64,000 nucleotides of DNA from a virus: positions 8,233 through 72,232 of IMG/VR virus record IMGVR_UViG_3300028590_000013; one strand, written 5' to 3'. Shown here piece after piece: positions 6,496 to 15,339 of this stretch. The notes under the pieces were generated by a model that saw nothing but the letters and a program-made list of their open reading frames with translations, did no database searches and had not been told where the DNA came from. Numbering within the stretch: position 1 is the stretch's first letter; every line of letters starts with the position of its first letter. A program made the translations under genes and the position numbers.

Positions 6496-9126
6496 GTGAG
6501 CTTCTTCTACAACGAGACGAAGACCACCAAGAAGCCCAAGGCGGCGAGCGGGAAGAAGGCATCCGCTGTCATCCCTATCGCAAGCCTTCAGCAGCTTGGC
6601 TGCTCTGTCTGCCAACACAACGACAATCCCGACCTCATCACGCCGAAGATGGAGCCTAGCGGCGCCAAGAGCCCGCTGATCTATCTTCTGGGCGCCGCGC
6701 CCAGCGAAGAAGAGGACGAGGACAACAACCACTGGACCGACAAGGCGGGGGATCTGATCTACTCGAAGTTCGGCGCCAAGGTGATGCGCAAGGATGTGCG
6801 CTCCAACTTCATCACGCAGTGTCGAGGCGAGCAGACGGTCAAGGAGATCGAGTGCTGCCGCCCCCGCATCGTCGCCGACATCGAGGCCACAGAGCCCGTG
6901 GTCATCGTGACGATCGGGGATGCCCCCTTCAAGTGGGTGACCGGCTCGACGTCGAATGCCATCCCGCACCGCGGATCCGTCTTCCAGGTGCAGATCGGCA
7001 AACACGTTTGCTACTGCGTGCCCACCCTCTATCCGAACTTCGTCTTCAAAAAGAAGTCGTTCGGCAAGAGTGAGTATGAACTCGCCATCGAATTCGACGT
7101 TGCCAAGGCTCTGCAGCTGGCCAGCGACGTGGAGAGCGGCGAGCGCAAGCCTGCCAAGGTCTATCGCGCACCCTACGATGACGGCATTGAGATCATCACG
7201 GGGAATGAGCAGGGAGACATGGGGCGCCTGGAGCGTGCTCTCGCAGATCTCGCAAGTGAGAAGCACTCGGCACTTGACCTGGAGACGAGCGGCCTGCGGC
7301 CTTACTTCGTGAAGAAGCCGCTGATCTACATGGCGGCTGTCGGCACCTTCAAGCGCACCGTGGCCTTTGCCATCGATCACCCCGAGGGCTGGGGCACCGA
7401 CGCTCGCCGCAAGAAGGTCAGTCAGCTCTTTGGCGAGTACATCATGGCGAGTGGACGCAAGCGCGTGCACAACCTCGCCATGGAGCTGGAGTGGCTCTAC
7501 TTCATCTATGGCGAGCCCATCCTCTGGTTGACCGAGTGGGATGACACTATGGCGATGGCGCACACGCTTGACGAGCGCAGTGGCACCAAGGGCCTGGGCA
7601 TCCAAACGCTGATGCACTTTGGCTTCGACGTGAAGAAGCTCAGCAATATCGACGTCAGGCGCATGCTCGAGTACCCCATCAAGCAAACGCTGAAGTACAA
7701 CGGCCTGGACACGAAGTGGACGGACAAGCTGGCTGATCACCTTGAGCCCATGGTGAACGCAGAGAATCGCCGTGAGTACGACCGCAAGGTGCGCCTGGCT
7801 CCGGCGCTCATTGCCACCGAAGCCAAGGGCTTGCCAGTCGACTTCAAGTATGCCCAGGCTATGAGCGACAAGCTCGAAGACGATATCGACAAGATCGAGG
7901 CCAAGCTGCGCCGCACTCCTGAGATCCAGCGCTTCATGGAGCGCAAGGGCACGTTCCAGGCGAGCAACCCTGACCACGTGCTCTACCTCATGGACAAGAT
8001 CCTTGGCCGTCCCGAGGTTCGAGTCGAAGAGCGGGGACGTGAGGGCTACCGCATGACGACGGACGAAGAAGCGCTCTCGAAGATACCGGCGAGTGAAGTG
8101 CCCAGTGCGCCCCTGGTCCTAGCCCATCGCGGTGCCTCCAAGCTCAAGAGCACCTACATCGAGCCGGTGCTGGGCCGCCGCATCGTTTGCCCGGACGGCA
8201 AGATCCGCAGCAAGTACAGTTCCATGGTGGCCGAGACCGGGCGCCTGGCTAGCGAGGATCCCAACGTCCAGAACTTCCCGAAGCGCAAGCACAAGGAAGT
8301 GCGGGGCATGATCTACGCGCCTGACGGCCACATCATGGCGGCGCTCGACTACGGCCAGATTGAGTTCCGAGTCGTGGGCATGGCGAGCGAGGATCCTGAG
8401 CTGGTCAAAGCCTGCTGGACTGGCTACGACGTTCACCAGTTCTGGGCCCAGCGCATGGTCGACCTCTACCCAGAGATCAAGGATTACATCGTCGAGGCCT
8501 TTGAAGTGGATTGGGATGAGAAGGGATTGAAGACGCTGCGGCAAGAGGCGAAGAATGGCTGGGTGTTCCCTCAGCTTTTCGGATCCTCTGTGCGCTCGTG
8601 TGCCGAGCAGCTCCACCTGCCCGAAGACGTCGCCGAGGATCTCGCCAGCGAGTTCTGGGACACGTTCCGCAAGGTGAAGAAGTGGCAGGAGGGACTCATG
8701 ACGAAGTACTCCAAGACCCTCTACGTGGAAACGCTGGGAGGCCGCAAGCGTCGCGGCCCCATGACGAAGAACCAGATCATCAACCACCCGATCCAGGGCA
8801 CGGCCTTCGACATCGTGGGCGAGGCCATGTGCGTGCTCAGCGAACAGGCCACGGCAGAGGGCGATGCCTACAAGCAGCCTGAGCTGAATGTGCACGATGA
8901 CTTGACTTTCATCTTGCCCCAAGCTGACCACCTGGAGCGCATCGACGTCATCGCCCGCGAGATGTGCAAGCCGCGCTTCGACTACATCAACGTCCCACTT
9001 ATCGTGGAGGCTTCGACGGGCCCACGCTGGCACGAGCTGAAGGAGATCAAGGTCTACCGCAGCCACGAGCTGTTCAACACCCCCAATCCCTACGAGAAGG
9101 AGCTGCGCCGCGCTGCGGCCCGCTGA
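6496..9126 (+). CDS. Family A DNA polymerase with N-terminal uracil-DNA-glycosylase-like domain and 3'-5' exonuclease
   Basis: CSVC + GAAPS UDG-like region; Exo DLETSG/HNLAME/DDTM; TGRLASEDPNVQN, DYGQIEFR, RQEAKN, NHPIQG, VHDD. Confidence 0.95.
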   Translation: MSFFYNETKTTKKPKAASGKKASAVIPIASLQQLGCSVCQHNDNPDLITPKMEPSGAKSPLIYLLGAAPSEEEDEDNNHWTDKAGDLIYSKFGAKVMRKDVRSNFITQCRGEQTVKEIECCRPRIVADIEATEPVVIVTIGDAPFKWVTGSTSNAIPHRGSVFQVQIGKHVCYCVPTLYPNFVFKKKSFGKSEYELAIEFDVAKALQLASDVESGERKPAKVYRAPYDDGIEIITGNEQGDMGRLERALADLASEKHSALDLETSGLRPYFVKKPLIYMAAVGTFKRTVAFAIDHPEGWGTDARRKKVSQLFGEYIMASGRKRVHNLAMELEWLYFIYGEPILWLTEWDDTMAMAHTLDERSGTKGLGIQTLMHFGFDVKKLSNIDVRRMLEYPIKQTLKYNGLDTKWTDKLADHLEPMVNAENRREYDRKVRLAPALIATEAKGLPVDFKYAQAMSDKLEDDIDKIEAKLRRTPEIQRFMERKGTFQASNPDHVLYLMDKILGRPEVRVEERGREGYRMTTDEEALSKIPASEVPSAPLVLAHRGASKLKSTYIEPVLGRRIVCPDGKIRSKYSSMVAETGRLASEDPNVQNFPKRKHKEVRGMIYAPDGHIMAALDYGQIEFRVVGMASEDPELVKACWTGYDVHQFWAQRMVDLYPEIKDYIVEAFEVDWDEKGLKTLRQEAKNGWVFPQLFGSSVRSCAEQLHLPEDVAEDLASEFWDTFRKVKKWQEGLMTKYSKTLYVETLGGRKRRGPMTKNQIINHPIQGTAFDIVGEAMCVLSEQATAEGDAYKQPELNVHDDLTFILPQADHLERIDVIAREMCKPRFDYINVPLIVEASTGPRWHELKEIKVYRSHELFNTPNPYEKELRRAAAR

Positions 9127-9128
9127 CC

Positions 9129-9389
9129 ATGCCTAAGCAACTCGCCCTCTGGGAAGTCCCTCTCCGCAAGGATTGGGACCTCATCGCCAAGTGCACCACC
9201 GCCATCCCCATCGTGGAGAAGACGAGTCGCCGCGTCGTGATGACGACGGCTGACCGCTCCGACGGCATGCTCAAGCACGCCCGCACCATCACCAGCAACC
9301 ACAATGCCCACGTCCGGGCCGAAAGGAAGAAGAATGCCAAGAGAGAAACTCGAGCCCGATTCATCAGCAACTACGGGGGCACCCAGTGA
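9129..9389 (+). CDS. Hypothetical protein
   Basis: ATG 2 nt after polymerase stop; fills gap. Confidence 0.65.
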   Translation: MPKQLALWEVPLRKDWDLIAKCTTAIPIVEKTSRRVVMTTADRSDGMLKHARTITSNHNAHVRAERKKNAKRETRARFISNYGGTQ

Positions 9390-10317
9390 GCCCATCCACA
9401 CGAAGTATCGGCCCCGCAAGCTCTCGGCTGTCGTCGGCCAGAAAGCCATCGTCAAGAGCATTGAGGCCGCGCTGAAGAGCAAGGCCCGCCCTCACGCCTA
9501 TCTCTTCAGTGGTGGCGCTGGTACTGGCAAGACGACGCTGGCCCGCATCATTGCCGCCGAGTGTGGCTGTGATGCCATGAACCTAATCGAAGTCGATGCG
9601 GCAAGCGAGAGCGGCGTCGACGATGTGCGCAGCCTGACGTCGAGCCTCCGCTACAACGGCTTCGGCGCCAACCCGAGTAAAGCCGTCATCATCGATGAGT
9701 GCCATCGCCTGAGCAAAAACGCCTGGGACGCCCTGCTGAAGATCACCGAAGAGCCGCCGCCGCACGTCTTCTTCTTCTTCTGCACGACTGACCCAGGCAA
9801 GGTGCCCAAGGCCATTGTGACGCGCTGCTCGGCCTACAGCCTGGCGGCGCTGAAGCGCGACGACATCATCGACGTCCTCGAAGATGTTTGTGACAAGGAG
9901 CGCTACGAGACCAACGAGCGGATCATCGACCTCATCGCTGACTCCTGCGAGGGAAGCATGCGCGGCGCCCTGACGATGCTCGCCAAGGTGCACGACTGCG
10001 ACGACATCAAGGAGGCCGCCGAGCTACTGCAAAGCGCCCTGGAAAGCCCGGAGATCTTCGAGCTTTGCAAGCTGCTTTGCTGGGGCCGTCCGAACTGGGG
10101 CGAAGTCGTGGGTCTCCTTGGCGCCATCGAAGATGCACAGCCGGAGAGTATCCGCATCATGGTCACGACCTACGTGTCCGCGGTGCTGCTGAAACCGAAG
10201 AACAAGCAGGACGTGCCCAGGCTCCTCGACGTCCTGGGTGCCTTCAGCAAGCCGTGCAATCCCACCGACAAGATGGGCCCGATCCTCTTGGCCTGCGGCA
10301 AGCTCCTCTACGACTGA
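9334..10317 (+). CDS. Clamp loader AAA+ ATPase (DnaX gamma/tau-like)
   Basis: KYRP, VVGQ, HAYLFSG, GTGKTTLARI, EVDAAS, IIDECH, LLKITEEPP, TRC, GSMRGAL. Confidence 0.93.
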   Translation: MPREKLEPDSSATTGAPSEPIHTKYRPRKLSAVVGQKAIVKSIEAALKSKARPHAYLFSGGAGTGKTTLARIIAAECGCDAMNLIEVDAASESGVDDVRSLTSSLRYNGFGANPSKAVIIDECHRLSKNAWDALLKITEEPPPHVFFFFCTTDPGKVPKAIVTRCSAYSLAALKRDDIIDVLEDVCDKERYETNERIIDLIADSCEGSMRGALTMLAKVHDCDDIKEAAELLQSALESPEIFELCKLLCWGRPNWGEVVGLLGAIEDAQPESIRIMVTTYVSAVLLKPKNKQDVPRLLDVLGAFSKPCNPTDKMGPILLACGKLLYD

Positions 10318-10318
10318 G

Positions 10319-10327
10319 CGTATAGAT
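10319..10327 (+). promoter_or_regulatory. SGTATAKWT motif copy
   Basis: CGTATAGAT between stop codon and AAGGAG RBS. Confidence 0.55.
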
Positions 10328-10345
10328 AGGACGAAAGGAGCCTAG

Positions 10346-10870
10346 ATGCCAACGATTCAACAATACCGCTCGATGCTAGTGCTGAACAAGCACCGCCTCG
10401 ACGATGAGCTGGAAGCTCAGGCTGACGTGCAAGAGCGCATCAGCCGGGAAGTCGTGCTCCTCAACTCGGCAATGCTCGCTGCCAAAGACAAGCTTGCGCG
10501 GGTCGAGGGGCGCCTTGGCGAAGAGCTGCGCGAGGATGAGCCCAAGTTGACGGTTGAATTGCGCGCCGCCAAGGTGGCCCGTGATCCCGCGCGCATCGCC
10601 TCATGGGAGGCCTACCAGAGCGCACGGGCTCAGCATGAGGAATGGTCGAACTTGCTGGAGGCCTGGAGACAGCGGGGCTACAGTATTAAGACCCTCGCCG
10701 ACCTCTACGGCTCCCAGTACTTCAGCCTGCGCTCTGCCGTGGCCAGGAGCCCTCAGGAACGCCGAAGTGAGTCCCGTGGCGACCGCAACGCACAGAGGGC
10801 GCTGGACTCGATCAAAGAGGCCGCGCCCACGGACACACCAGTTCGTAGCCGCAGAAGAACGGGGGATTAA
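10346..10870 (+). CDS. UvsY-like recombination mediator (putative)
   Basis: Helical protein with LDDELEAQ and EAWRQRGYSIKTL segments, next to SSB and RecA. Confidence 0.55.
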   Translation: MPTIQQYRSMLVLNKHRLDDELEAQADVQERISREVVLLNSAMLAAKDKLARVEGRLGEELREDEPKLTVELRAAKVARDPARIASWEAYQSARAQHEEWSNLLEAWRQRGYSIKTLADLYGSQYFSLRSAVARSPQERRSESRGDRNAQRALDSIKEAAPTDTPVRSRRRTGD

Positions 10871-11004
10871 TGTCCTTCATTGAAGTTTGCGCCTACTCAG
10901 TCCTCGGGCTGGGTGCGCTTTACCTAGGCGTGCGTCTGTGCAGCGCCGCCTATTTCCGCTCGAAGCACGAATACGAAACCCGAATGAAAAGGAAACAGCA
11001 ATGA
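10870..11004 (+). CDS. 44-aa single-TM protein (not in ORF track)
   Basis: Own translation MSFIEVCAYSVLGLGALYLGVRLCSAAYFRSKHEYETRMKRKQQ; TAATG and ATGA overlaps at both ends. Confidence 0.65.
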   Translation: MSFIEVCAYSVLGLGALYLGVRLCSAAYFRSKHEYETRMKRKQQ

Positions 11005-12374
11005 GCCGCTACAGCGAACGCGATACGGACCGGGGATCGCGCCGGTCGCGCGAAGAGGACGACGACCAACCCCGGCGCCGCTCCCGTGAAGAAGACGAAC
11101 CTCGTAGCCGCTCTCGTGGCCGCGACGAGGATGATGACCGCGGCAGCCGCTCCCGCAGTCGCGATGACGATCGTGGTGGCCGCCGCAGTCGCGATGATGA
11201 CGATGATGACCGTGGCTCGCGGCGCTCTTCGGGATCCTCCAGCGGCTACAGCTACGAGCGCCGCGATCCCGAGGCCACCAAGCGCCGCAGCCAGCGGGGA
11301 AACACGGACTTTGACAAGTACCTGGATTCCAAGCTCAAGACCTTCAAGGTGAATGCCGGCGATAACCGCGTGCGCATCTTGCCGCCGACCTGGAAGGGCG
11401 CGGATCACTACGGCCTTGACCTCTACGTGCACTATGGCGTGGGCGCCGACAGGCAGACCTATATCTGCCCGAACAAGCAGAACGGCGCGGGGCTCCCCTG
11501 CCCGATCTGCGAAGAGCGCGCACGTGCCCGTGACGATGGCGACGACGAGTACGCAAAGGAACTCGAGCCCAAGCGCCGCACGCTGGTCTACGTGGTCGAC
11601 CGCGACAAGCCCAAGGAAGGCGTGCAGGCCTGGGCCATGCCCTGGACCCTGGACAACGACATCATCAAGGTCAGCCAGGACAAGGGCACGGGGCAGGTGC
11701 TGGAGATCGACCATCCTGAAGAAGGCTTCGACGTCGAGTTCGAGAAGAACGGCACGGGCCTGAAGACGAAGTACGAAGGCGTGGCTATTGCGCGGCGCGA
11801 GAGCCCGCTGGGCAAAGCTGAATGGCTCGACTACGCCATGGACAACCCGCTCCTCGATCAGCTCGTCATCTTCAGCTACGACGACATTGCCAAGAGCTTC
11901 GGCGCGAAGACGGCGCAGCGCAGCAGCCGCCGCGATGACGATGAAGATCGTCCGCGTGGCCGGGGTCGTGATGACGATCGGGACAGCCGCTCCAGTCGCC
12001 GCCCTGAGCGCGATGACGATGACCGCGGCAGCCGCTCGCGCGGCGACGATCGTGGATCTCGTGGCCGCAACGACGAGCCCGAAGAACCGACGTGGGAGAG
12101 CGTGCATGAGATGACCAAGTCGGAACTCGAGGATCTCATCGAAGACAAGGATCTCGACATCAATCCCAAGGATGCCAAGGACACCGAAGACCTGGCCGAC
12201 TGGATCTGCGAAGAAATGAAGCTCAAGAAGAGCGAGCGGCGTGAGCGCGTGAAGGACGATGAAGATCGTCCGCGTGGCCGGGGTCGTGATGACGATGACG
12301 ACAAGCTGGGGGAGATGCGCCGCCGTCGCGAAAGCGATGACGAGGATCGCCCCCGCCGTCGTCGGGAGGACTAA
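11001..12374 (+). CDS. T4 gp32-like single-stranded DNA-binding protein with long Arg/Asp-rich disordered arms
   Basis: GDNRVRILPP, VHY, ICP...CPIC Zn site, DHPEEGFDVEFEKNGTGLKTKY; AAGGA RBS. Confidence 0.8.
   Translation: MSRYSERDTDRGSRRSREEDDDQPRRRSREEDEPRSRSRGRDEDDDRGSRSRSRDDDRGGRRSRDDDDDDRGSRRSSGSSSGYSYERRDPEATKRRSQRGNTDFDKYLDSKLKTFKVNAGDNRVRILPPTWKGADHYGLDLYVHYGVGADRQTYICPNKQNGAGLPCPICEERARARDDGDDEYAKELEPKRRTLVYVVDRDKPKEGVQAWAMPWTLDNDIIKVSQDKGTGQVLEIDHPEEGFDVEFEKNGTGLKTKYEGVAIARRESPLGKAEWLDYAMDNPLLDQLVIFSYDDIAKSFGAKTAQRSSRRDDDEDRPRGRGRDDDRDSRSSRRPERDDDDRGSRSRGDDRGSRGRNDEPEEPTWESVHEMTKSELEDLIEDKDLDINPKDAKDTEDLADWICEEMKLKKSERRERVKDDEDRPRGRGRDDDDDKLGEMRRRRESDDEDRPRRRRED
11937..12296 (+). 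repeat. 42-bp exact direct repeat (11937-11978 and 12255-12296) within SSB gene
   Basis: gacgatgaagatcgtccgcgtggccggggtcgtgatgacgat occurs twice. Confidence 0.9.
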
Positions 12375-12377
12375 GCC

Positions 12378-13499
12378 ATGGCCGCAGCAGCAAAGAAAGC
12401 TGCGGCTAAAGTGCCTGCTCGCAAGAGACAGGCACTTGCCGCTGAGCCCACGCCCAAGAAGCGCGAGCGCATCGATATCGACGAAGGAGATCTGCCCCCC
12501 ACGCCCCCCAACTACTTCGCCTCCATGGACAAGGAGGGCGTCGACTTCATCAGCAGCGGCGCCCAGCTCATCGACTGCGCCCTCGGCGGTGGCTACGCCG
12601 AGGGCCGTGTGGTGAACATCGTGGGGGATCGCAGCGCCGGCAAGACACTCCTCGCCATCGAAGCCATCACGAACTTTTGCATGCGCTACGCCAAGGGTGC
12701 GGCGCGCTACGCGGAGTCCGAGTCGGCCTTCGATGAGAACTACGCCGAGGCCCTGGGCTTGCCCCTGGATCGCGTGGAGTTCAACAAGAAGGGCGTGCCG
12801 CTTCGCACCATCGAAGATTGGTACAAGGACATGGTCGAGTTTCTTGACAAGAACAAGGACGTGCCTTCCATCTACGTGCTCGACAGCCTGGATGCGCTCA
12901 GCGATGACGCCGAGATGGAGCGAGGCATCGACGAGACGAACACCTACGGCACGCAGAAGGCCAAGAAGCTCGGCGAACTTTTCCGCAAGCTCGTGGAGCG
13001 TATCGAGAGCCAGCGTTGCATCCTGATCGTCGTGAGCCAGCTGCGCGACAAGATCGGCGTCACGTTCGGCGAAACGAAGACGCGCAGTGGGGGCAAGGCC
13101 CTTGACTACTACGCCTCCCACATCCTGTGGCTGCGCGAGAAGAACAAGCTCAAGCGGACCATCCGTGGCGTCGAGCGCGTCATCGGCATGGACGTCGAGT
13201 TGCGCGTGAAGAAGAACAAGGTGGGCCTGCCCTTCCGCAGCGCCGACTACCCGGTGATCTTCGGCTACGGCATCGACGACCTGACAGCCGGGGTGGAGTG
13301 GCTTCTCAGCGTGGGCCTTGCCGACGTGCTGGAAGCGGAACTCGACATGAGCAAGGCTGGCTACAAGCTGCGGCTGCAGAAGCTGCGCAACGTAGGCGGC
13401 GATGAGATGCGCGAAGTCCGCGTGCAGCTCAACAAGATCTTGAAGCGCGAATGGTCGCGCATTGAGACGGACTTCCTCCCCAGGGCACGTAAGTACTAG
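12378..13499 (+). CDS. recA: RecA/UvsX-like recombinase
   Basis: IDCALGGG, Walker A GDRSAGKT, VLDSLDAL, SQLRDKIGVTFG, SGGKALDYYAS, VKKNKV. Confidence 0.93.
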   Translation: MAAAAKKAAAKVPARKRQALAAEPTPKKRERIDIDEGDLPPTPPNYFASMDKEGVDFISSGAQLIDCALGGGYAEGRVVNIVGDRSAGKTLLAIEAITNFCMRYAKGAARYAESESAFDENYAEALGLPLDRVEFNKKGVPLRTIEDWYKDMVEFLDKNKDVPSIYVLDSLDALSDDAEMERGIDETNTYGTQKAKKLGELFRKLVERIESQRCILIVVSQLRDKIGVTFGETKTRSGGKALDYYASHILWLREKNKLKRTIRGVERVIGMDVELRVKKNKVGLPFRSADYPVIFGYGIDDLTAGVEWLLSVGLADVLEAELDMSKAGYKLRLQKLRNVGGDEMREVRVQLNKILKREWSRIETDFLPRARKY

Positions 13500-13509
13500 G
13501 AGATGAGCC

Positions 13510-13719
13510 ATGACCAAGGACATCCGAATCAATCAGCAATGGCGAACCCGAGATGGCAGCGTTGTTCGGGTGGCCTTGGATCGTGGCCCAGGCGCCTTTG
13601 ATGGCTGGCGGTGGGTGCTCAGCAATGGCTTTGTGGCCCACGAGGATGATGGCCGCGTCATCTTCTTCGAGGGCAAGGAGGGGCCCAGCGACCTCGTTGA
13701 GCCTGTGGCGGATCCCTGA
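13510..13719 (+). CDS. Hypothetical protein
   Basis: AGGAG RBS; WRTRDG...DLVE pattern common in small phage proteins. Confidence 0.75.
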   Translation: MTKDIRINQQWRTRDGSVVRVALDRGPGAFDGWRWVLSNGFVAHEDDGRVIFFEGKEGPSDLVEPVADP

Positions 13720-13752
13720 AGAAATATTTACGTGCACTTCGTAAAATCTTTA

Positions 13753-13758
13753 TATAAT
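13753..13758 (+). promoter_or_regulatory. Possible sigma70 -10 box (TATAAT) in AT-rich intergenic stretch
   Basis: Exact TATAAT; no well-spaced -35 found. Confidence 0.4.
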
Positions 13759-13788
13759 CGAGCCATCGCAATCAACGAGGGCTACGAG

Positions 13789-13989
13789 ATGGGACACCGG
13801 AAATTCAAGCACACGGACTTCGGAGACTTCAATGCTCCACCGTTTCGCTACGTGAGCAAGCAAGAGAAGAAGCAGGACCACGGTCCCTGGTGGACGTGGG
13901 TTGTCACCCGCATCTTGGCGGGCACGCTCTTCATGACGATGCTGGCCTTCTTCGCCTTCGAGGCCTACTACAAGCACTTCCTGCGCTGA
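13789..13989 (+). CDS. Small membrane protein
   Basis: GAGG RBS; C-terminal hydrophobic helix. Confidence 0.65.
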   Translation: MGHRKFKHTDFGDFNAPPFRYVSKQEKKQDHGPWWTWVVTRILAGTLFMTMLAFFAFEAYYKHFLR

Positions 13990-13991
13990 GC

Positions 13992-14032
13992 GCCCAGCGC
14001 AAAGCCTTCCATCCGAGGGCTTTCCGCTGGGC
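13992..14032 (+). other. Long imperfect intergenic hairpin
   Basis: GCCCAGCG..AAAGCC / GGCTTT..CGCTGGGC; no U-tract, possible processing or stability element. Confidence 0.55.
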
Positions 14033-14067
14033 AATTCCGCTTGGCTCTACATCTGGAGAAGTGCATC

Positions 14068-14943
14068 ATGAAGAAGATTCTTTGTTTCGCGGCGCTCGCC
14101 TTTGCCCTCGTCGGCATGGCCAGCGCAACGCCGGGCAACAACGGTGGTGGCAATGGCGGCTGTGGCGTGGGCCAGCAAACCAACGGCTGCGGCTCCACGG
14201 GCGGCAGCGGCGGCGCTGGTGGCACCGGGGGTGCAGGCGGTGCCGGTGGAACTGGCGTGGGCATCGGCATTGCAGGGGCCGCTGCGCAAGCCGCAGCCAA
14301 TGCAGCCGCACAGGCCAATGCAGGCGCCGCGGTGGTGGGCTCGGGCAATAGCTCGAACAACATCAAGAACACGAACAACATGGCTCAGGGCCAGCAGCAA
14401 GGCCAGGCGCAGGGGCAGAGCCAGTCGGCGCGCAGCAATGCCACGGGCGGCGCATCCAACGCGAACTCGATGAGCGGCGGTAACTCCCTCAGCGGCGGCG
14501 CCGTGACAGTCTCTGTCGAGGGCGCCAAGGGCGACGTCTACGTGGCCCCAGCTCAGGAGCGCAACCCCGTTGCCACGGCCTATGCGGCGCCTCTGACATC
14601 GACGAACGGTACCTGCATGGGCTCTTCCAGCGGCGGTGGCCAGGGGGCAGCCATCGGCATCAGCTTTGCCACCACATGGACGGACAACAACTGCGACATC
14701 CGCTATGACGCCGAAGCCCTCCGTGCCGCCGGTCTTGCCGATGCTGCCCGCGCCCGCCTCTGCCAAAAGCCGGAGATCAAGGCCGCCATGGAAGCCGCAG
14801 GAACGCCTTGCCAGGACAAAGGCTCGGCCAAGCGTGCCGAAGCTGCCCTGAGTGGCACTTCCGTGGCATCGGCTGAAGTCGCCAAGCCGCAATACACGGA
14901 CCCGATCGTGCGCGCCCGCCTCGGCCTGCCACCGCTGAAATAA
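14068..14943 (+). CDS. Secreted Gly-rich protein with Cys-containing C-terminal domain
   Basis: GGAG RBS; Sec signal MKKILCFAALAFALVGMASA; G/N/Q low-complexity region; CMGSSSGG...C...LC...GTPC domain. Confidence 0.85.
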   Translation: MKKILCFAALAFALVGMASATPGNNGGGNGGCGVGQQTNGCGSTGGSGGAGGTGGAGGAGGTGVGIGIAGAAAQAAANAAAQANAGAAVVGSGNSSNNIKNTNNMAQGQQQGQAQGQSQSARSNATGGASNANSMSGGNSLSGGAVTVSVEGAKGDVYVAPAQERNPVATAYAAPLTSTNGTCMGSSSGGGQGAAIGISFATTWTDNNCDIRYDAEALRAAGLADAARARLCQKPEIKAAMEAAGTPCQDKGSAKRAEAALSGTSVASAEVAKPQYTDPIVRARLGLPPLK

Positions 14944-14961
14944 GCAAGAGCTTCGCGCTTG

Positions 14962-14997
14962 CGTATATTTAGGGGACTTCGGTCCCCTTTTCTTTTC
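14962..14997 (+). terminator. CGTATATTT motif followed by Rho-independent terminator
   Basis: AGGGGAC-TTCG-GTCCCCT then TTTCTTTT. Confidence 0.8.
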
Positions 14998-15008
14998 TGG
15001 AGAACCTC

Positions 15009-15338
15009 ATGCCCAAAGCCAAAACCAAGCTGCCGACTATCGAATACTACTGGTCAACTCCCACGCGTGTCGTAGGAGGCACTGGCGAGATCGGGAATCC
15101 CTTCCGTTACGCCGATGGCACGCCCGTGGTGAATGTCCGCATCATGGCGGCCAATGGCTTGCTCGTCGCTCAGATCACGCAGGGCTTCAGAGACAAGCAT
15201 GATGCACGGCGCGGAGTCGAAACTCTAGCCGCTTGCTTCCGCGCCGTTCCAGACCCTCACCTCCTCTCTGACTTGGTCGCACTGAAGGCCCTCAAGGAGG
15301 TCGGCCCTGGACCGAAGCCCAAGGCCCCGAAGGATTGA
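15009..15338 (+). CDS. Hypothetical protein (YegP/DUF1508-like segment)
   Basis: GGAG RBS; RIMAANGLLVA..QGF..K..A..GVE pattern. Confidence 0.65.
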   Translation: MPKAKTKLPTIEYYWSTPTRVVGGTGEIGNPFRYADGTPVVNVRIMAANGLLVAQITQGFRDKHDARRGVETLAACFRAVPDPHLLSDLVALKALKEVGPGPKPKAPKD

Positions 15339-15339
15339 C

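Noticed and set aside
11030-12370. Repetitive DNA resembling a CRISPR or tandem array
   Set aside because: Degenerate in-frame repeats encoding R/D-rich protein; no constant repeat-spacer period and no cas genes
10950-13532. 860-aa antisense ORF
   Set aside because: Mirror frame of the SSB and RecA genes caused by GC3 bias
14130-14500. Collagen-like repeat
   Set aside because: Gly-rich tract is short GGx/GGAG low complexity without Pro-rich Gly-X-Y periodicity
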